Assembly (NCBI RefSeq): GCF_022045235.1
Contig: NW_027266289.1
Span: forward strand, 434,001 to 498,000
Length of the DNA stretch: 64,000 bases
Origin: Haliotis cracherodii
Taxonomy: Eukaryota
Direction of reading: 5' to 3'
Notes under the pieces: model-generated
The model's database searches: none
What the model saw: the letters and a program-made list of their open reading frames with translations, nothing else
What the model was told of the DNA's origin: nothing
Shown: positions 39,473 through 53,800 of the stretch, one piece after another
Position numbering within the stretch: position 1 is the stretch's first letter
Layout of the letters: each line of letters opens with the position of its first letter
Made by a program: the position numbers and the translations under genes

Positions 39473-41199
39473 CCTCTCATCATAAAAATAACAACAGGTC
39501 GAGGTCGCCATCAGCGTGGTGCGTTGGGGCGGCCTGATATATTTAGTTGGATGGCAAACGACGGATATTTCCCTAACAGTTGCACTCAATGGGGGAGACA
39601 AGGGCAAGAAAATGCCTCACATCAAAGATACGACGGCGCCATGGCTTAGTTGTTACATCATGAACTGTGCACGGTCCGGATTATAACAGACCGGAAGTCT
39701 TATAGTGTTAATGTTTATGGCTGCTTGGTCACTCGGGAATGTGCAGCTCCATTCATGAAGCGGAGTATGTGGGAGACTGGAACAGGACTGGTGTGTCTTT
39801 TGACGTACAGGATTTTTATAGAGGCATTCCTCGTAGGGAACTCGTAAGGAACAATCAGCGTTAATTTCATCGCAAATTGTCAAACTTTGAGCCAGTGATT
39901 TTGTTGAATTATGCCATACACTAAAACGTGTTTCACCGATTCCATGTGTACCTTAAAAAATCTAGTGGTTCCCTTTTCGTGAGAGACTTGTTAACAAATA
40001 CTGCCATCCACATTCGTTTAACTTTATCTCCAGTTTCCCGTCATGTTGTGGCTATGTTAAACATCTGCCCAGAGAACATATTCCCGCGGCGAGGGACTTA
40101 ACTGACCGTAAAAGTCTTGTATCCACCCTTGACGAACTAGGCTGGAATTCCTAGGCTCGATCGTAGCGCCACCAGTGGCGATTACGAGTTATGTCCCTTC
40201 TATGTCCCTCCTACTGACCAATCAAATTCCACCTATCACACCATGATCACTTGCATTTGCTTCAAACAAAATGGCGGCGCCCATTCACGATGATTTGATC
40301 GATAATCAAGATCTATATAATAATAAAACGGGTCTTTCTTCGCGAAGTTCATCAAATCACGTGAACACATTGATTAAAAATATCTGTATAAAAATATCTG
40401 TTGACGCAGAGTTAGTGGTAGACGTGCTATAACAAATCCAGCAAACGACCGAAATCTGGACGGCAGTTTACAAAGCGGACGTCGATTGCGCTACATGATT
40501 CTGATTAGAATCGTTAGTATAACTCCATAATTCCAGTTAGTTCGACATGGGTGGAAACCGGACCTTCCTGGATGCTAAAGACCAATTCTTACTGAGATCT
40601 TCACGGGTAAATTGATTACAGATGTATGGATGTAAATTATCAAAACCTTTTGCTACGTTGGGCCAAGAAGGAGTATTTTCTTATAATCAAGAAATATCTT
40701 GCTTGACAATGCTATAAGGATCTATACCGAAACATCGCCTTTACACTAAATAAAGAAGTTGTTATCCATAAATTATCTCTACTTTGTCATCTGTAAACTT
40801 CCAAGTAATGACTATCGAACAATTCATCCGACGTCTAACTAACGATACTGATTCCTCAATCCAACTTCGGCACTATGTTAGATCGAGGAATTCAGACGTC
40901 CGTTTCTATGTGAAGTACTTCCTAGTTATATATTCATGTCTGCAGCCTCAACTTCATGCTGGCGAAAGTGGAATATTTTATTGCAGGGCTAGATCCTTAA
41001 ACAATAAGTTTTGTTTTGTCTGAATTGACTAATCAGCGATTAATTACACATTCAGAAAGTACGATCAGCGTACATATGGGGAGGTTAGATAGGGTCTACG
41101 TTGCGTCTAAGTTTATTGCACTTTTATACTAATGTACTAGTCCGGACAGATGACTTATAGTGCTAGCACACTGAGATAGCTTGCCCCAGTTTAACATGA

Positions 41200-41385
41200 A
41201 TACCCCACTCAGCAGGATACTGACTCTGAGCCGACCAGTCCTTGCTTTAGCCCCTTAATGCCGCGCGAGAGACAGGGTAACAACAAGTACCATTTTGTAA
41301 CGTCTTTTAGTATGACGCGGCCTGGTATCGAATCCAGGACCTTCCGCTCTCCGGGCGGACGCTCTGCCACTAGACCACGGAGGCA
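41200..41385 (-). mobile_element. tRNA-derived SINE family C
   Basis: Minus strand GCCTCCGTGGTCTAGTGGCAGAGCG...GGATTCGATACCAGGCCGCGTCATACTAAAAGAC; related fragment near 57530-57620. Confidence 0.7.
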
Positions 41386-41779
41386 GTCCTCAGCGTACAG
41401 ACGGACTAACCGTTTCAAATAGAAGGTGATATTTTCAGATATATGTTTCGGAGTTTATCCTGTGACAATTATTTTCCTAAGTCACTTACGGAGATAGAAA
41501 ACAAAAACAGAGACGGATATTCACAAAGGTATGTTCCCTCACACAGGATTTGATATCAGTTTTGATATTCTGTATTAATTTGAGCATCTTATCTTTCAAG
41601 CTTATCTTTATCATTTTCTTTCATAATTCTTACCTCCGAATCTCCGGCTTTTGAAAAATGTATATAGGCACAAAACATTTTTTTGTGAAGATAGTAGATT
41701 CTAAATGGTTCTATTGTAGAGAAAGCTTTTCGAAATCCAGATTGCGCATGTAATATTACTTCAAAGAAGTTGCTCGATT

Positions 41780-41909
41780 CCAATTGCGTGGATCGATGCT
41801 CATGATATCGATCACTGGATTGTCTGGTCCAGACTCGATTATTAACTGACCGCCGTCATATAGCTGGAATATTGCTGAGTGCGGCTTAAAACAACAAACC
41901 AACCAACCA
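41780..41909 (+). mobile_element. SINE family B, 3' half, abutting a LINE RT fragment (41590-41770, -)
   Basis: CACTGGATTGTCTGGTCCAGACTCG...GCTGGAATATTGCTGAGTGCGGC + (CAAC)n; adjacent QSGFRKAFSTI motif. Confidence 0.8.
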
Positions 41910-44084
41910 TCGAAGTAGTTGCAAACGCAATCGATAAATAATAATTACAGATTGATATGCGTTGATTATTGAATTTTTGAATCTCTTTTCATATGATACA
42001 GGTGAACCAAGATCCAAATAATATTCCGAAATCATAATGATTCAAATATCCACCATAAACTGACAACAGTTTGATGACGAGGCAATCATGTATTATTACT
42101 TGATGATTCCCAAACTGAAACGCGAATGTGAACCCAGAAATAGGTAAGCACAGAATTAAATTAAATTGAATCAACTATACTAGGCATCATGTTTGAATTT
42201 GAACTTTTAAAAATGAAATATATTTTAATTGTATCCGTACCCATATGTACCTCGTAGTATCGCCTATTAATCTATATGCATGACTTTCAGTACAGCAGAA
42301 CTCGGAACTCGAGGTGATGCGGAACGCGGGATGTGAGGGCTTATGCACGGTGTAAAGTATGTCAGAAAGTATTGTGAGTATTTGCGGCAGCAGAAGTATT
42401 TTTGTATTTATGTGACTGAGAGAGGGGAGAATACATTTCCTAGAAATTGTGAAATATTCAGGCACTGACAATGTCATCCACTACATGTCCGTGTTGTGGC
42501 AACATTTTGCAATGGTTTTCCCTCACTGATCACAAAAAAAAAAAAAACTCCAAGAAACTGTATGTGTGCTGTCATGTCACATTGACCTAACTGTAGTACG
42601 ACCTCATTACTCTGCTGTAGTTGACGTCAGTCGCCCAATGTTGGAGGTACACGGAATACCCCCAGCGTCTGTGTATGAAGGTTCAAACACGAAGACGAGT
42701 AAAACACTCAAACAATAAAATCTAGATGAAACTCACCGGAACCTTTCGCAATGTGAACAGATCAAAGTCCGCGACACTCCCACCCTGACACAGCTACCTC
42801 GTGGTGATGACCTACTTGTCTAATGTGCGCCGATTCACCGTACAGCCGCGACCTTGTCACCCTCAGTGGTCACGTGTTTGTATCGATACACCCTCATTGT
42901 GATTCTATTTTGTTAAGATTAAAATGAAGGGTAAATGTTGAAATGGGCAACGCCGCAATGACCAAGGGGGTCGGTGAGGTGAGCGTCGAAGCTCGGGACA
43001 CAATTCTGAGTGCAGCCACCTTGGGTGCAGATCTGTGTGGAAGAAACACATACTCTTGTATACATCATAATTATAGCATGTTGACCAGAAGGATGGTTAT
43101 GGAGTTACTGGACACAGCAGTAGTTCGGTGTAATAACGATCTTCCATTCACGAACGTTGAAAATGCGCTGATCCAGCCGGTCTGACAATAAACTGACTGT
43201 GCATGTGGTTTGCGACATGCGAGCGGTACAGGTTAATCTACAGTTCCATCATATTTCTCATTTGGTCCAAGGTAAATTAACAAAATACAGAAAAAATAAG
43301 TAATGAAAACAATAAATTTAAACATGACTTATTTAGGAAAGGTTTAAATGAGTATCGAAAATGCCGATGTGGCAGCCGATGGGGAAATCAATTTCATTAT
43401 TTCGTTGAATGTCCTTTATTTAAATAGCTAGAAACGAATTGATTCACTCACTATTGTTAATTGTGAAAGCTACGTGTGATGGAAATATTAACCTGATGCT
43501 AGTCAGAAATGCAATTGTTCCTGATCATGTAAATGAATTTTTTTTTGAGGAATGTACATACATATATAAAGAAAACAAAACGGTTTGAGTGAGCAGTTTG
43601 AATGTATATACGTTTCTTTATTTCCTTTCGGCCATTTAATTTATTAATTGTAAATAAGCATACATGTAAATCTATGAGAGACGTTCTGATGCGGTCTCGT
43701 TCATACACATATGAACGACAATTTCGCGGCCATGTGACCGACCTCTCTTCAATGGAAAAGCTGAATTTCGTGTAACCTTTAAATTATAAAAAAATAATTA
43801 TTTATTAAACAGTAAAATTAAAATATAAGAATACTAGGTACGATTATTGTTTGTAAATAAGAGGCATATATCAAATGCAAAACATTCATTTAACTGCCCC
43901 ATATTAAATCCATACAGAGACCATACGCATGGAATGTAATGAACTATTGCTCGTGAAATAGTGCACCGCCACAGGACATTTTTAGTATTAATTCTGAACA
44001 CCACCATTACAAATCAATCACTGATCTTGTAGAGATTATGTGTTGGTGCGTGGAGGCCACACAGATTCAATGACCCCAGCAACC

Positions 44085-44332
44085 ATGTTGCTGCTGACGT
44101 CATATAACATTGTTTCAAGTATGGATGTTGCTGCTGACGTCATATAACATTGTTTCATGTATGGATGTTGCTGCTGACGTCATATAACATTGTTTCATGT
44201 ATGGATGTTGGTGCTGACGTCACATAACTTTGTTTCAAGTATGGATGTTGCTGCTGACGTCATATAACATTGTTTCATGTATGGATGTTGGTGCTGACGT
44301 CACATAACTTTGTTTCATGTATGGATGTTGCA
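44085..44332. repeat. 40-bp minisatellite, 6 copies, each with TGACGTCA
   Basis: Unit ATGTTGCTGCTGACGTCATATAACATTGTTTCATGTATGG. Confidence 0.95.
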
Positions 44333-45139
44333 GCCAAGTTTTCAAAACTAACTAATAGGGTATAGTGACAAATGCGGACGCTTAGTTGCGCTAAGAAAAC
44401 CAATTATTTTTATTATTTCCAGCATGTTGTAACACCCTGATGGTGTCACAGATGCCGTCTTTGATTGATAAAAATGCATCTGCAAGGCAACATTCAAGTT
44501 AGTTTGAGTTCATTTGTAATTCAATCAGGAAATACTTTTATAAAATTATTGACAATATTCGCAAATCCAATGTTGTTTTTCAGTCAAGCAGTCAGTTGTC
44601 CGTCTCGTGCATTTGTCAACTCAAAAATTTTACATTCACAGGTATCGGAAAAGACCTGCAGAAAATGCTGATGTTTGCTCATACGACTCTCATTGATCTG
44701 CTTGCCAGAAGCAAGAACTCAACTCAAGATCGGACAAGACATCAAGAGTTTAATCAATCATGGGTACAGACAATGAATCTCTGATAGTCCTAGCATTATC
44801 TTTTATAAACGCTCCTGCTTTCATGTATGGCTCCACACTCGGTGATGTTCTTCAGATGTGTATTATGTTTATCTAACGTTGCACTGTTGTAGCATGCCTT
44901 AAGTCGCACGATGAGACACAAAGAATTTGTTAAAATAGACAGACACAGGTTCTTCATATACACTTGTATTCAAAACGACTGCCAACACAATACACCTCCT
45001 GCACCCACACAGGTTGTCACTCAACTGCCTGCCTAGAGCAAACCAAGATGGCCGCCGTAAAGTCATTCTCAAATCACAGACAGCAGTTTCGTATTCGAGG
45101 GGAAGTTTCGTATCCACACATTTATAGAATTACCAGTGT

Positions 45140-46035
45140 CCAATGTTGTAGCATGCCTTAGGTCGTATGTTGAGACACAAAGAATGACTAATGGCCAATG
45201 TTGTAGCATGCCTTAGGTCGTATGTTGAGACACAAAGAATGACTAATGGCCAGTGTTGTAGCATGCCTTAAGTCGTATGTTGAGACACAAAGAATGACTA
45301 ATGGCCAGTGTTGTAGCATGCCTTAAGTCGTATGTTGAGACACAAAGAATGACTAATGGCCAGTGTTGTAGCATGCATTGAGTCGTATGATGAGACACAA
45401 AGAATGACCAATGGCCAATGTTGTAGCATGCACTGAGTCGTATGATGAGACACAAAGAATGACCAGTGGCCAGTGTTGTAGCATGCCTTAAGTCGTATGA
45501 TGAGACACAAAGCATGACCAATGGCCAATGTTGTAGCATGCCTTAAGTCGTATGATGAGACACAAAGCATGACCAATGGCCAATGTTGTAGCATGCCTTA
45601 AGTCGTATGATGAGACACAAAGCATGACCAATGGCCAATGTTGTAGCATGCATTGAGTCGTATGATGAGATATATAGCATGACCAATGGCCAGTGTTGTA
45701 GCATGCATTGAGTCGTATGATGAGATACAAAGAATGACCAATGGCCAGTGTTGTAGCATGCATTGAGTCGTATGATGAGATACAAAGCATGACCAATGGC
45801 CAATGTTGTAGCATGCATTGAGTCGTATGATGAGATACAAAGCATGACCAATGGCCAATGTTGTAGCATGCATTGAGTCGTATGATGAGATACAAAGCAT
45901 GACCAATGGCCAATGTTGTAGCATGCATTGAGTCGTATGATGAGATACAAAGATTGACCAATGGCCAATGTTGTAGCATGCATTGAGTCGTATGATGAGA
46001 CACAAAGAATGACCAATGGCCAATGTTGTAGCATG
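45140..46035. repeat. 55-bp minisatellite, ~16 copies (orphan partial unit at 44884-44926)
   Basis: Unit CCAATGTTGTAGCATGCATTGAGTCGTATGATGAGACACAAAGAATGACCAATGG. Confidence 0.95.
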
Positions 46036-46424
46036 GACTATGCCTATTGAAGACAACTGCCATGACTTGCATTTGAACATTATGTCTCACTTACCCACGA
46101 GAACGAATCATGCAGCAGTCATCAATGTCAAACCCTATCAAAGAACATGACCATGTTGTGAGTGAGTGAGTGAGTGAGTGAGTGAGTGGGTGAGTGAGTG
46201 AGTGTAATGTAGCAGTACAACCTGGCATACATGCCATCCTGAAATTTACTGTTAAACATATATTCACCACCTATACATTTCTTATATGTTTGGGGAGTAT
46301 AGTATTATTCAACGATGTTTGGGGTTCTTTAATACTTGTAATTGTCAGTTGTTAGTTTTCCAGTTGCACAGTAATATCATCGTCTCGACTGCAGGTTAAT
46401 GACCTGAACCCGTTCTCTCTAATA

Positions 46425-47950
46425 TACTGAGCCGCAAAAGAAACGTCGCCATGGATAGATGTACGAGAAACCTTATTTGTCAAAACACTGTAAACATACT
46501 TTGAGACATATTAAAAAGAAGAAACTTGGCAAAACTGATCACCAAGGTTGAAATTAAAGTGTGAAACACAACACTAGTCTCTGAGAAAATTGCATCACAA
46601 GTCAGTATCTCGTGTGTCCGCCATGTACATTGATGACTGCCGTCAACGTCGATACATGGAATGGATGAGGCGGTTGATGGAGGCCAAAGGCACTTGAGTC
46701 CACACTCTGAGGAACGCCTGACGCGGTTTAGCTGGAGTTGTCGGCCTAGGTCGGACGTCAGGTGCTCAATGGGATTTTTATCGGGACTGAGGGCATGCCA
46801 CTGCATGGTTCTGATGCCATTCTGCTGCAAGAAGTCTCTTGTTGCTCACGCAGTGTGGGCACGAGCGTTATCATGCTGAAACTCGTGGTTGCGGCGACGT
46901 GCCAAATGAGGCATGGCGTGTGGTCACAAGACTTGATCAATGTACCTAGCTGCTGTGACTTCATTGCCTCTCCCTGGTCCAATGTTCTGGAAGACCACAG
47001 GGCCGACCCTCTGTGCAAGACCAATTCCACCCCACACCATGATGCTCGGACCACCCCACGAGTCTCTCTCAACAACACAAGCATCCGAATAACGTTCCCT
47101 ACAGCGTCGCCAGACTCTCTCTCTCTGTCATCTGCTGTTGAGATACAGTAACAGCTCTCGTCTGAGAAGAGGACTCTTTTCCAATGCTGGTGGCGTCAAT
47201 GCTGGTGCTGTGTTGCCCACTGAAGACGGTCCCGGCGATGACGTGGTGTCAGAATGGGTCCTCGGTGTGGCCTGTGACGGTGGAGGGGTCTGCTCGTCAA
47301 TCGTCGACGCACGGTGTCCGCACTAATGTGTCGCTGGTGTGTCCCGATGGTCTGTCGAGCAGTTTCCCCAGCAGGAACAAAGCGATCTTGAAGATGCTGC
47401 CGCACAATTTGACGATCCTGACGTCGGGTGGTGACCCTTGGTCTTCCACTACGTGGTCGGTCATCTGTAGTGTTAGTGGTCTGGTACCGTTGCTGGAACC
47501 TGTATAGGGTCTTCACGTGGACTTGAAATGTATTGGCTACTTGCCGGGCGGTGTGTCCAGCTTGCAATTGCAATCTCCCAATTTGGCCAAGGGCTTGGTG
47601 TCGCTGATTTCGTGACAATCTTGGAATGTGGTAGCAACTCAGTACCGAATAAATGTTTTCCGATCAGGGTGGATATTAATAGGGCAAGAATTGGGGGAAC
47701 GCATGTACATTTCAATTTGCCCTGAATCAACGTCTATCGGGTTACCATGGCCGTTGCCGTGATGCGTTTGGGTGATCGGTTTTATTGTTATCTGCTTTGT
47801 TTTTTATCATTATACATTCCTTTTGGAAGTGTCTTGGGACATAATTTAACTCGCTCATGACAGTGATTAACGTCTATTTTTAGCATATTGCCATGCAAAT
47901 CAGGCGCAAAACGAAGCTTTGGTTTAAAGTATCTATCATTATTGAATGGA
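46425..47950 (-). mobile_element. Tc1-like transposon, decayed transposase; one TIR-like end visible
   Basis: DRPRSGRPRVTTRRQDR, ISADTVRRRL, LTPRHRRDRLQWA, SPDKNPIEHL; TIR-like end TACTGAGCCGCAAAAGAAACG. Confidence 0.88.
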
Positions 47951-48250
47951 GATAAATTGCACTGAGCATTCAAGATGACAATAATTAAAGTTCACCTCAT
48001 CGGCCCTGCCTGGCTGACGTTATGACATTGAAGGTCATTGTACCTCTGTACATACCAGGTGTATCTCATTATATCTCTATAAATCTGTATAGTCATGTAG
48101 GGATCTGACAAGCGACGATTCTAATTCACACTTCAACCTTGTTATGATCCTTGTTTTGTCACCATCACACACGCGCTTTGTAGTTCACGAAGTTCAAAAA
48201 CGTCTACGAATTTTAGAATGTATTTGTTACACCCCATCTGTGCAACTGCC

Positions 48251-48296
48251 AGGGTTAGGTTAGGGTTAACCCTAACCCTAACCCTAACCCTAACCA
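48251..48296. repeat. Interstitial telomeric sequence, head-to-head (TTAGGG)n/(CCCTAA)n, with 15-bp direct repeats
   Basis: ATCTGTGCAACTGCC at 48236-48250 and 48297-48311. Confidence 0.9.
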
Positions 48297-50885
48297 ATCT
48301 GTGCAACTGCCCATGTCTTGCACTGGGGAGGCCGTTTGTGTCAAGCTCGGAGGTTCACACAGTTTAAGCAGCCCTTTCAAATCGTTCACACTTCAATGAA
48401 CCCATCCAAACTGACGTTTAATTCTTATAATTTCATACTTCCTAGTTTATTGGTCTCGCCGAAAAATACTATAACAATGTTTGCTTAAATTTGTAGTTCT
48501 CTTGTTTCGCGGTAGAACATTACAACAATGTTATTTTGTCGGCGTTTGACGGCTCTCGGTCACATACGTTTCACCACTCATACTCAGTTACGCAAATAAA
48601 AATAGTTTGAATATATGCAGCATAATCGGAAAATATGTCAACCTCAATATAATTTTATTCTTTGAACAAATTGACTAACGATATTTGGGATTAATTAAAA
48701 TCTTAAAAATATGTAACAGGAAAGTGAATAAAAATATAAATATGACTTGCAGCAGAGACGTGCGGTCAACCATTAAGTGTGGATTTATATCTGGCGTCAC
48801 ATAAGTTTGTAAAGAGATGCATTTCGAGTCGAACAGGAGGCTGAGGATAAAATTAATATTTACTGCTGTTGAAAACGAAGTTCTTGGAACAGTTACGGAA
48901 AACACCCCGAGGCATGGACCCTCCCATGACACCAGCAAATTAGGAATATGACTGATATGTGAATGTGTTGCTTGTGTTTGGACAATCGCAAACCAATTCG
49001 GACGATACGGTATTAATTAACGGAGTGCTCCATAACTTGTGTATTTTGTGTCAGGGTGTGTTATATTTGGAGTTTGGGATTTGTCGTGTGTGCTGTAATA
49101 CTTTGCTTGGCTGGTGTTTCTTGTCTCCGATGACCAATCAGTAAAACAGGTAGGCAAGTTTTTTTTATTTTTAATTGAAGTTTCGTTCTTTACCTTTTAT
49201 GTCTTATTTTTTTAAAAGCTAGGTTAATTTTATTTGGCTTAACCATTGAACATGTTCAGAGCCTGTTAATGTAGTGTGTTTCATTGTAGATTTGCTGTGT
49301 TAGTTTCTCAATATCTTGGAGGGTTTTTTTCCGATACGATAGTGAATCAGGTTTTAGTTTTGGATTTATCAGGAGTCGCTTTGATCTGTGTCGGCGACCA
49401 CATCTGAGCAGGGTACGACATTGATTTCATTGTTGCTAGATTCCTGACATTTCCGAAAACAAGGCATCGAAGTCAATATCGCTCAATCAGTCAATTTTGT
49501 TCACCTCAGTAAATTTACAGAATTCGTGTTCTTCACTTGCGTTATTAGTATTGATCGATAGCTACATTAGTATTAATAGATAGCCATTCCATATCAGCAT
49601 CACCGTAAGGACAATGAGAGTAGTTTGGGAAACCATATGATGATGTTTGCTGAGACTACCATTGCAAGTTAAGTAGAAGTATAAGTTCTGGCCCAAACAC
49701 TGTTATTTCTCACAAGCCTAAGGATGACTATGCATCTGATTGTTCTGCCCCGTGTCCCTCTGAATATGAACAGCAAGGTATTGACGTCCTCAAGCGAGGG
49801 AAGACTGGACAATCCATACCAAGGGAGGAATACCACTTCTTGACATAGTCTTCCTGTGTTTCCGTGGATGGAGTTGACAAAGTGATTTGAACGCTAGAGG
49901 TCAAGTCTACTTAGTTGTCATGCAAACCAACAAGGATGGCAGCTATCGATCCATTCTACATTTTTGAGAATATCTCACAAGATTCACGTTATTCGTTCTT
50001 TGAAAACCAAGACTGCAGCTGAAGTCGGTCGTGACTTTTATTCCTTCATCTGGACATTGAAGCAGTCCACCTTCACCAGTCAGACAACGGAAGAGAATCC
50101 TCTGCTCAGACATGTTGTTTTTCGGAGTATATGCCATTAATTCACCTCATGAAGGAGCAAGCATATACTCAGAAACGTGATATGAGAGATGTAATCTAAT
50201 TGGTCAATAGGAGGGACATTGAAGGGACATAACTAGTAATAGCCACAGGAGCACTACAATCGATCATGGACCTTGTTCGGCAGGATTGGAAACTTGACTC
50301 TTATAGACAATTAGCGCCCTTGCCTCGGGAAGATAAAAGAAGTAGACCGTTGCATTTCAAGTTCCTCGTGCATTTTGTAGTAAAATATATGAATGAAAAA
50401 AGACTTTCACGAATTATTAGGGGGCAAGAAATTTTGCAAAATAAAGTTTTCAAATCATTTTTGGTTAAATAACACTTGTGCCACATACGATGTTTTTGTC
50501 ATCAGTTATATTTTACATAACATCCATATGGACAAAATAGGGATCACATACAGTCAGATCGTCTGGAATATGCGCGAAACAGGTTCAGTTAAGTATGATA
50601 TGCAAAATAGTCATGTAAATGATAGGAATAGACCACTGCAAATCAGTCATGACCCTAGGTGTTTGTGAAAAGAGTGGAATTGTCCTGCACGTTCGGTAGC
50701 ACTCGACCACTCGCACGATTTGCATAAAAAAAACAAGTGTTTGTTATTTGACTTCCACCACAACCAAAGCATGTCTTGATCGGTGAGAAAATTACTAAAA
50801 CATAGTTGACCATTAATTTGCTTTATTCACACCGTGGTGGTGTCGGCTGAAGGACACAGTGTGTCGTGCACGGCTGCACACAACT

Positions 50886-53800
50886 CTAACAGAAGATTTG
50901 GACACTGTGGATGGCTGTGAATCCTTTCAATGTGACCCGACGGACGCCAGTGAGTGGGAGCCGCATCTCATTCTCCATCCAAAGAGTCCCGTCACCGAAA
51001 AGCTGGAAGTAACATTGACCTGGCAATTTAAAAGTTGATATAGACATACTTGATTTATAAAGGACTTAAGATAGATCTTCTGCGGTTAATAAATGTTATT
51101 GATAAAGATGTACGTTAATCAACGTGGGCCTGGAGGTAGACACACCTGATCAATGAACGACTTGTGATAGATTTGCCTATTAATAAATGATTAATAAATG
51201 TATTGACACAGATGTATTGTACTTAATGTAAGGCAGACAAACACTGAGTTATTTAGAAGTCAAGTGAATTATACACTTGTATTACCAGAAAATCTGGAAT
51301 TAGGCCTTCTACTTATAAAAGATCAACATTTTATCTGAAAACGCAGCATGTTGATAAGATGTTATGTGGTGACATTTTAGAAACCTGCTTCCTCATTCGT
51401 CCGACAGGGTCTGGAATCTTACTTTAGGCCATGATTTTGCTGCTGGTCGCATAATGACAACAACAAAAATATTCAGAAACACTGCTTTTGCAAACCAGCC
51501 CGTTTCGCAATTTAAAATACATATCTTCCTTCATTGACACAGCTTAATAACATGTGTCGATTCGTACATTACTTACAGCAGGTGTGGCAAGATATTTCAG
51601 GTGGAAAACTTGATGAACAAATGTATTTGTACCGTGACGTCATGTCTATCGTTTTACAATGCTTAGACTTGCATTATGTACAATGTTATGACGTCATGAT
51701 ATTGGATTGTACTTGAGAGGAAAACTTTACAAAGAGTGATTTTGGACTCTAAGGAATGATGCTTACAGGATATCCTTGCATGATTATATTGTGTCTTTGG
51801 TGGTTTATGTTTTATGGTTCACGTTTCTTTTGTCATTGTGCCATTGAATAATGGGGATACCTTTACCCTTTTCAAATTCGAAACCTCACGCTATCTCAAA
51901 ACTTTAAAGGTATCAAGGTAGGTGTCTTAATTGTACGCTATCTTCTGTATTGGAGCTTTTTCTACTAAATATAATGTTAAACGTCGTATTGAAATAACAC
52001 CCAGCATGGTGTTATGACATTGGTTCAGGGCATAAATAGGCGTTCGGGTGTTTTACAGTACAGAGTCAGGGTCCCATAGTCCCCTCCTTGTGATCCGGAA
52101 TACCTTTGCCCTGCATCACGTTAAAAGACGTTAATGTACAAGGATATGACAACAGGCATTGGAGGACAAATGATCAGCTATAAATTATGTATGCATGGTG
52201 ATCAGTATACCAATTCGTGTTTATATTATTATTCTTGAGACAATATTAACGATTTTATAATCGAAAAACAATAACTGTTTTCCTTCCATCAGATGTTATT
52301 TTTGTTACATTTTGTTTTTGTCACCCTTTCTCAATTATATGAGTCGTGCAATACATGACTTGAAATAAATGTCATGTGTAATGCGCTATGTACCTTAAAT
52401 GAACTCTCAGTGATCTGGATTTCAATCACATAGTTGTTGATGTTGTCGACGTCGATGTGATCTACATACTCCTCCAGTCCAAAGGACCCTCCTTGTTTTG
52501 TGTTGAAGATGAGTCGTGACGTGGAGCCCCATCTCCATCTGAGGGACAAGATGAGGGCCAAGTCGGTGTTTGGCAGCACAAAGGTCACAGCGTTACTGTA
52601 AGGACAATATTGATCATTTGCTTACTGCAGCCTGGGCCACCACCCTTTTGTCATCACATCGATGTGTATCCCCACACAGTGGACTTGTTGGGATGTTTGT
52701 ATGTATATTTATTTTGTTGCCATGACATCAATCATCTACTTCAGGGGTGACTTGATGGGATGTGTTATCTGCTGTCATGCCGAAGGGAAATAGAAGATTC
52801 TTAAATTTGGCACCTGGCAGCGAGAAGTCGCACAACAATTCAAGGTCCACAAAAAAAACTAACCCTAACCCTGACCCTGAGGCACTTAGGATATCATACG
52901 ATTAGTCATAAACAACAGTTTAAAAGATGACGTCATGATATGTATGGCTTAAGCCAGGTTAAGGTGTTTTACTTTTACATACTACTCATACTGCGGGGGC
53001 GGTCGGGTAGGCTAGTGGTTAAAGCGTTTGCTCGTCACGCCGATGACCCGGGTTCGATTCCCGACATGGGTACAATGTGTGAAGCCCATTTCTGGTGTCT
53101 CCCGCCGTAATGTTGCTGGAATATTGCTAAAAGCGGCGTAAAACCATACTCACTCACTCACTACTCATACTGCGAAATACAGTCCCTCCATACATTTTAG
53201 ATACATGATCTAAGAAAGCCCAGATCGTTGCAGTGTCAATACGAATAGGGATTGGAACATTCAAACAGCGGATCATGTTACGACACATGGATAAAGGCGT
53301 TGTGCATCTGTGACACGGGAATTGCCAAACATTAAAATAAAACATATACTACTATTAAAAACATGTAAGAAATAAATACACTTTGAAAGACAAAACTCAT
53401 TTGACTGCTTCATATGCGTGTAAGTTATGACTGCATGTTGATGATGTTATGACTGCATGTTGATGATGTTATGACTGCATGTTGATGATGTTATGACTGC
53501 ATGTTGATGATGTTATGACTGCATGTTGATGATGTTATGACTGCATGCTGACGATGTTATGATTGCATGTTGACGATGTTATGACAGCGTGTTGACGATG
53601 TTATGACTGCGTCTTGACGATGTTATGACTGCGTGTTGACGATGTTATGACTGCATGTTGACGATGTTATGACTGCGTGTTGACGATGTTATGACTGCGT
53701 GTTGACGATGTTATGACTGCATGTTGACGATATAATGACTGTGTGTTGACGATGTTTTGAGTGCGTCTTGACGATGTTTTGAATGCGTCTTGACGATGTT

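Noticed and set aside
40695-40760. Possible further hammerhead/Penelope end (CTTGACAA...CGAAACATCG)
   Set aside because: Core lacks CUGANGA and the stems are unconvincing
52858-52879. Short CCCTAA-like run
   Set aside because: Only about three degenerate units, no TSD; may be chance
52996-53070. Possible tRNA genes at SINE A heads
   Set aside because: They continue into a shared body and tail with TSDs; SINEs, not tRNAs
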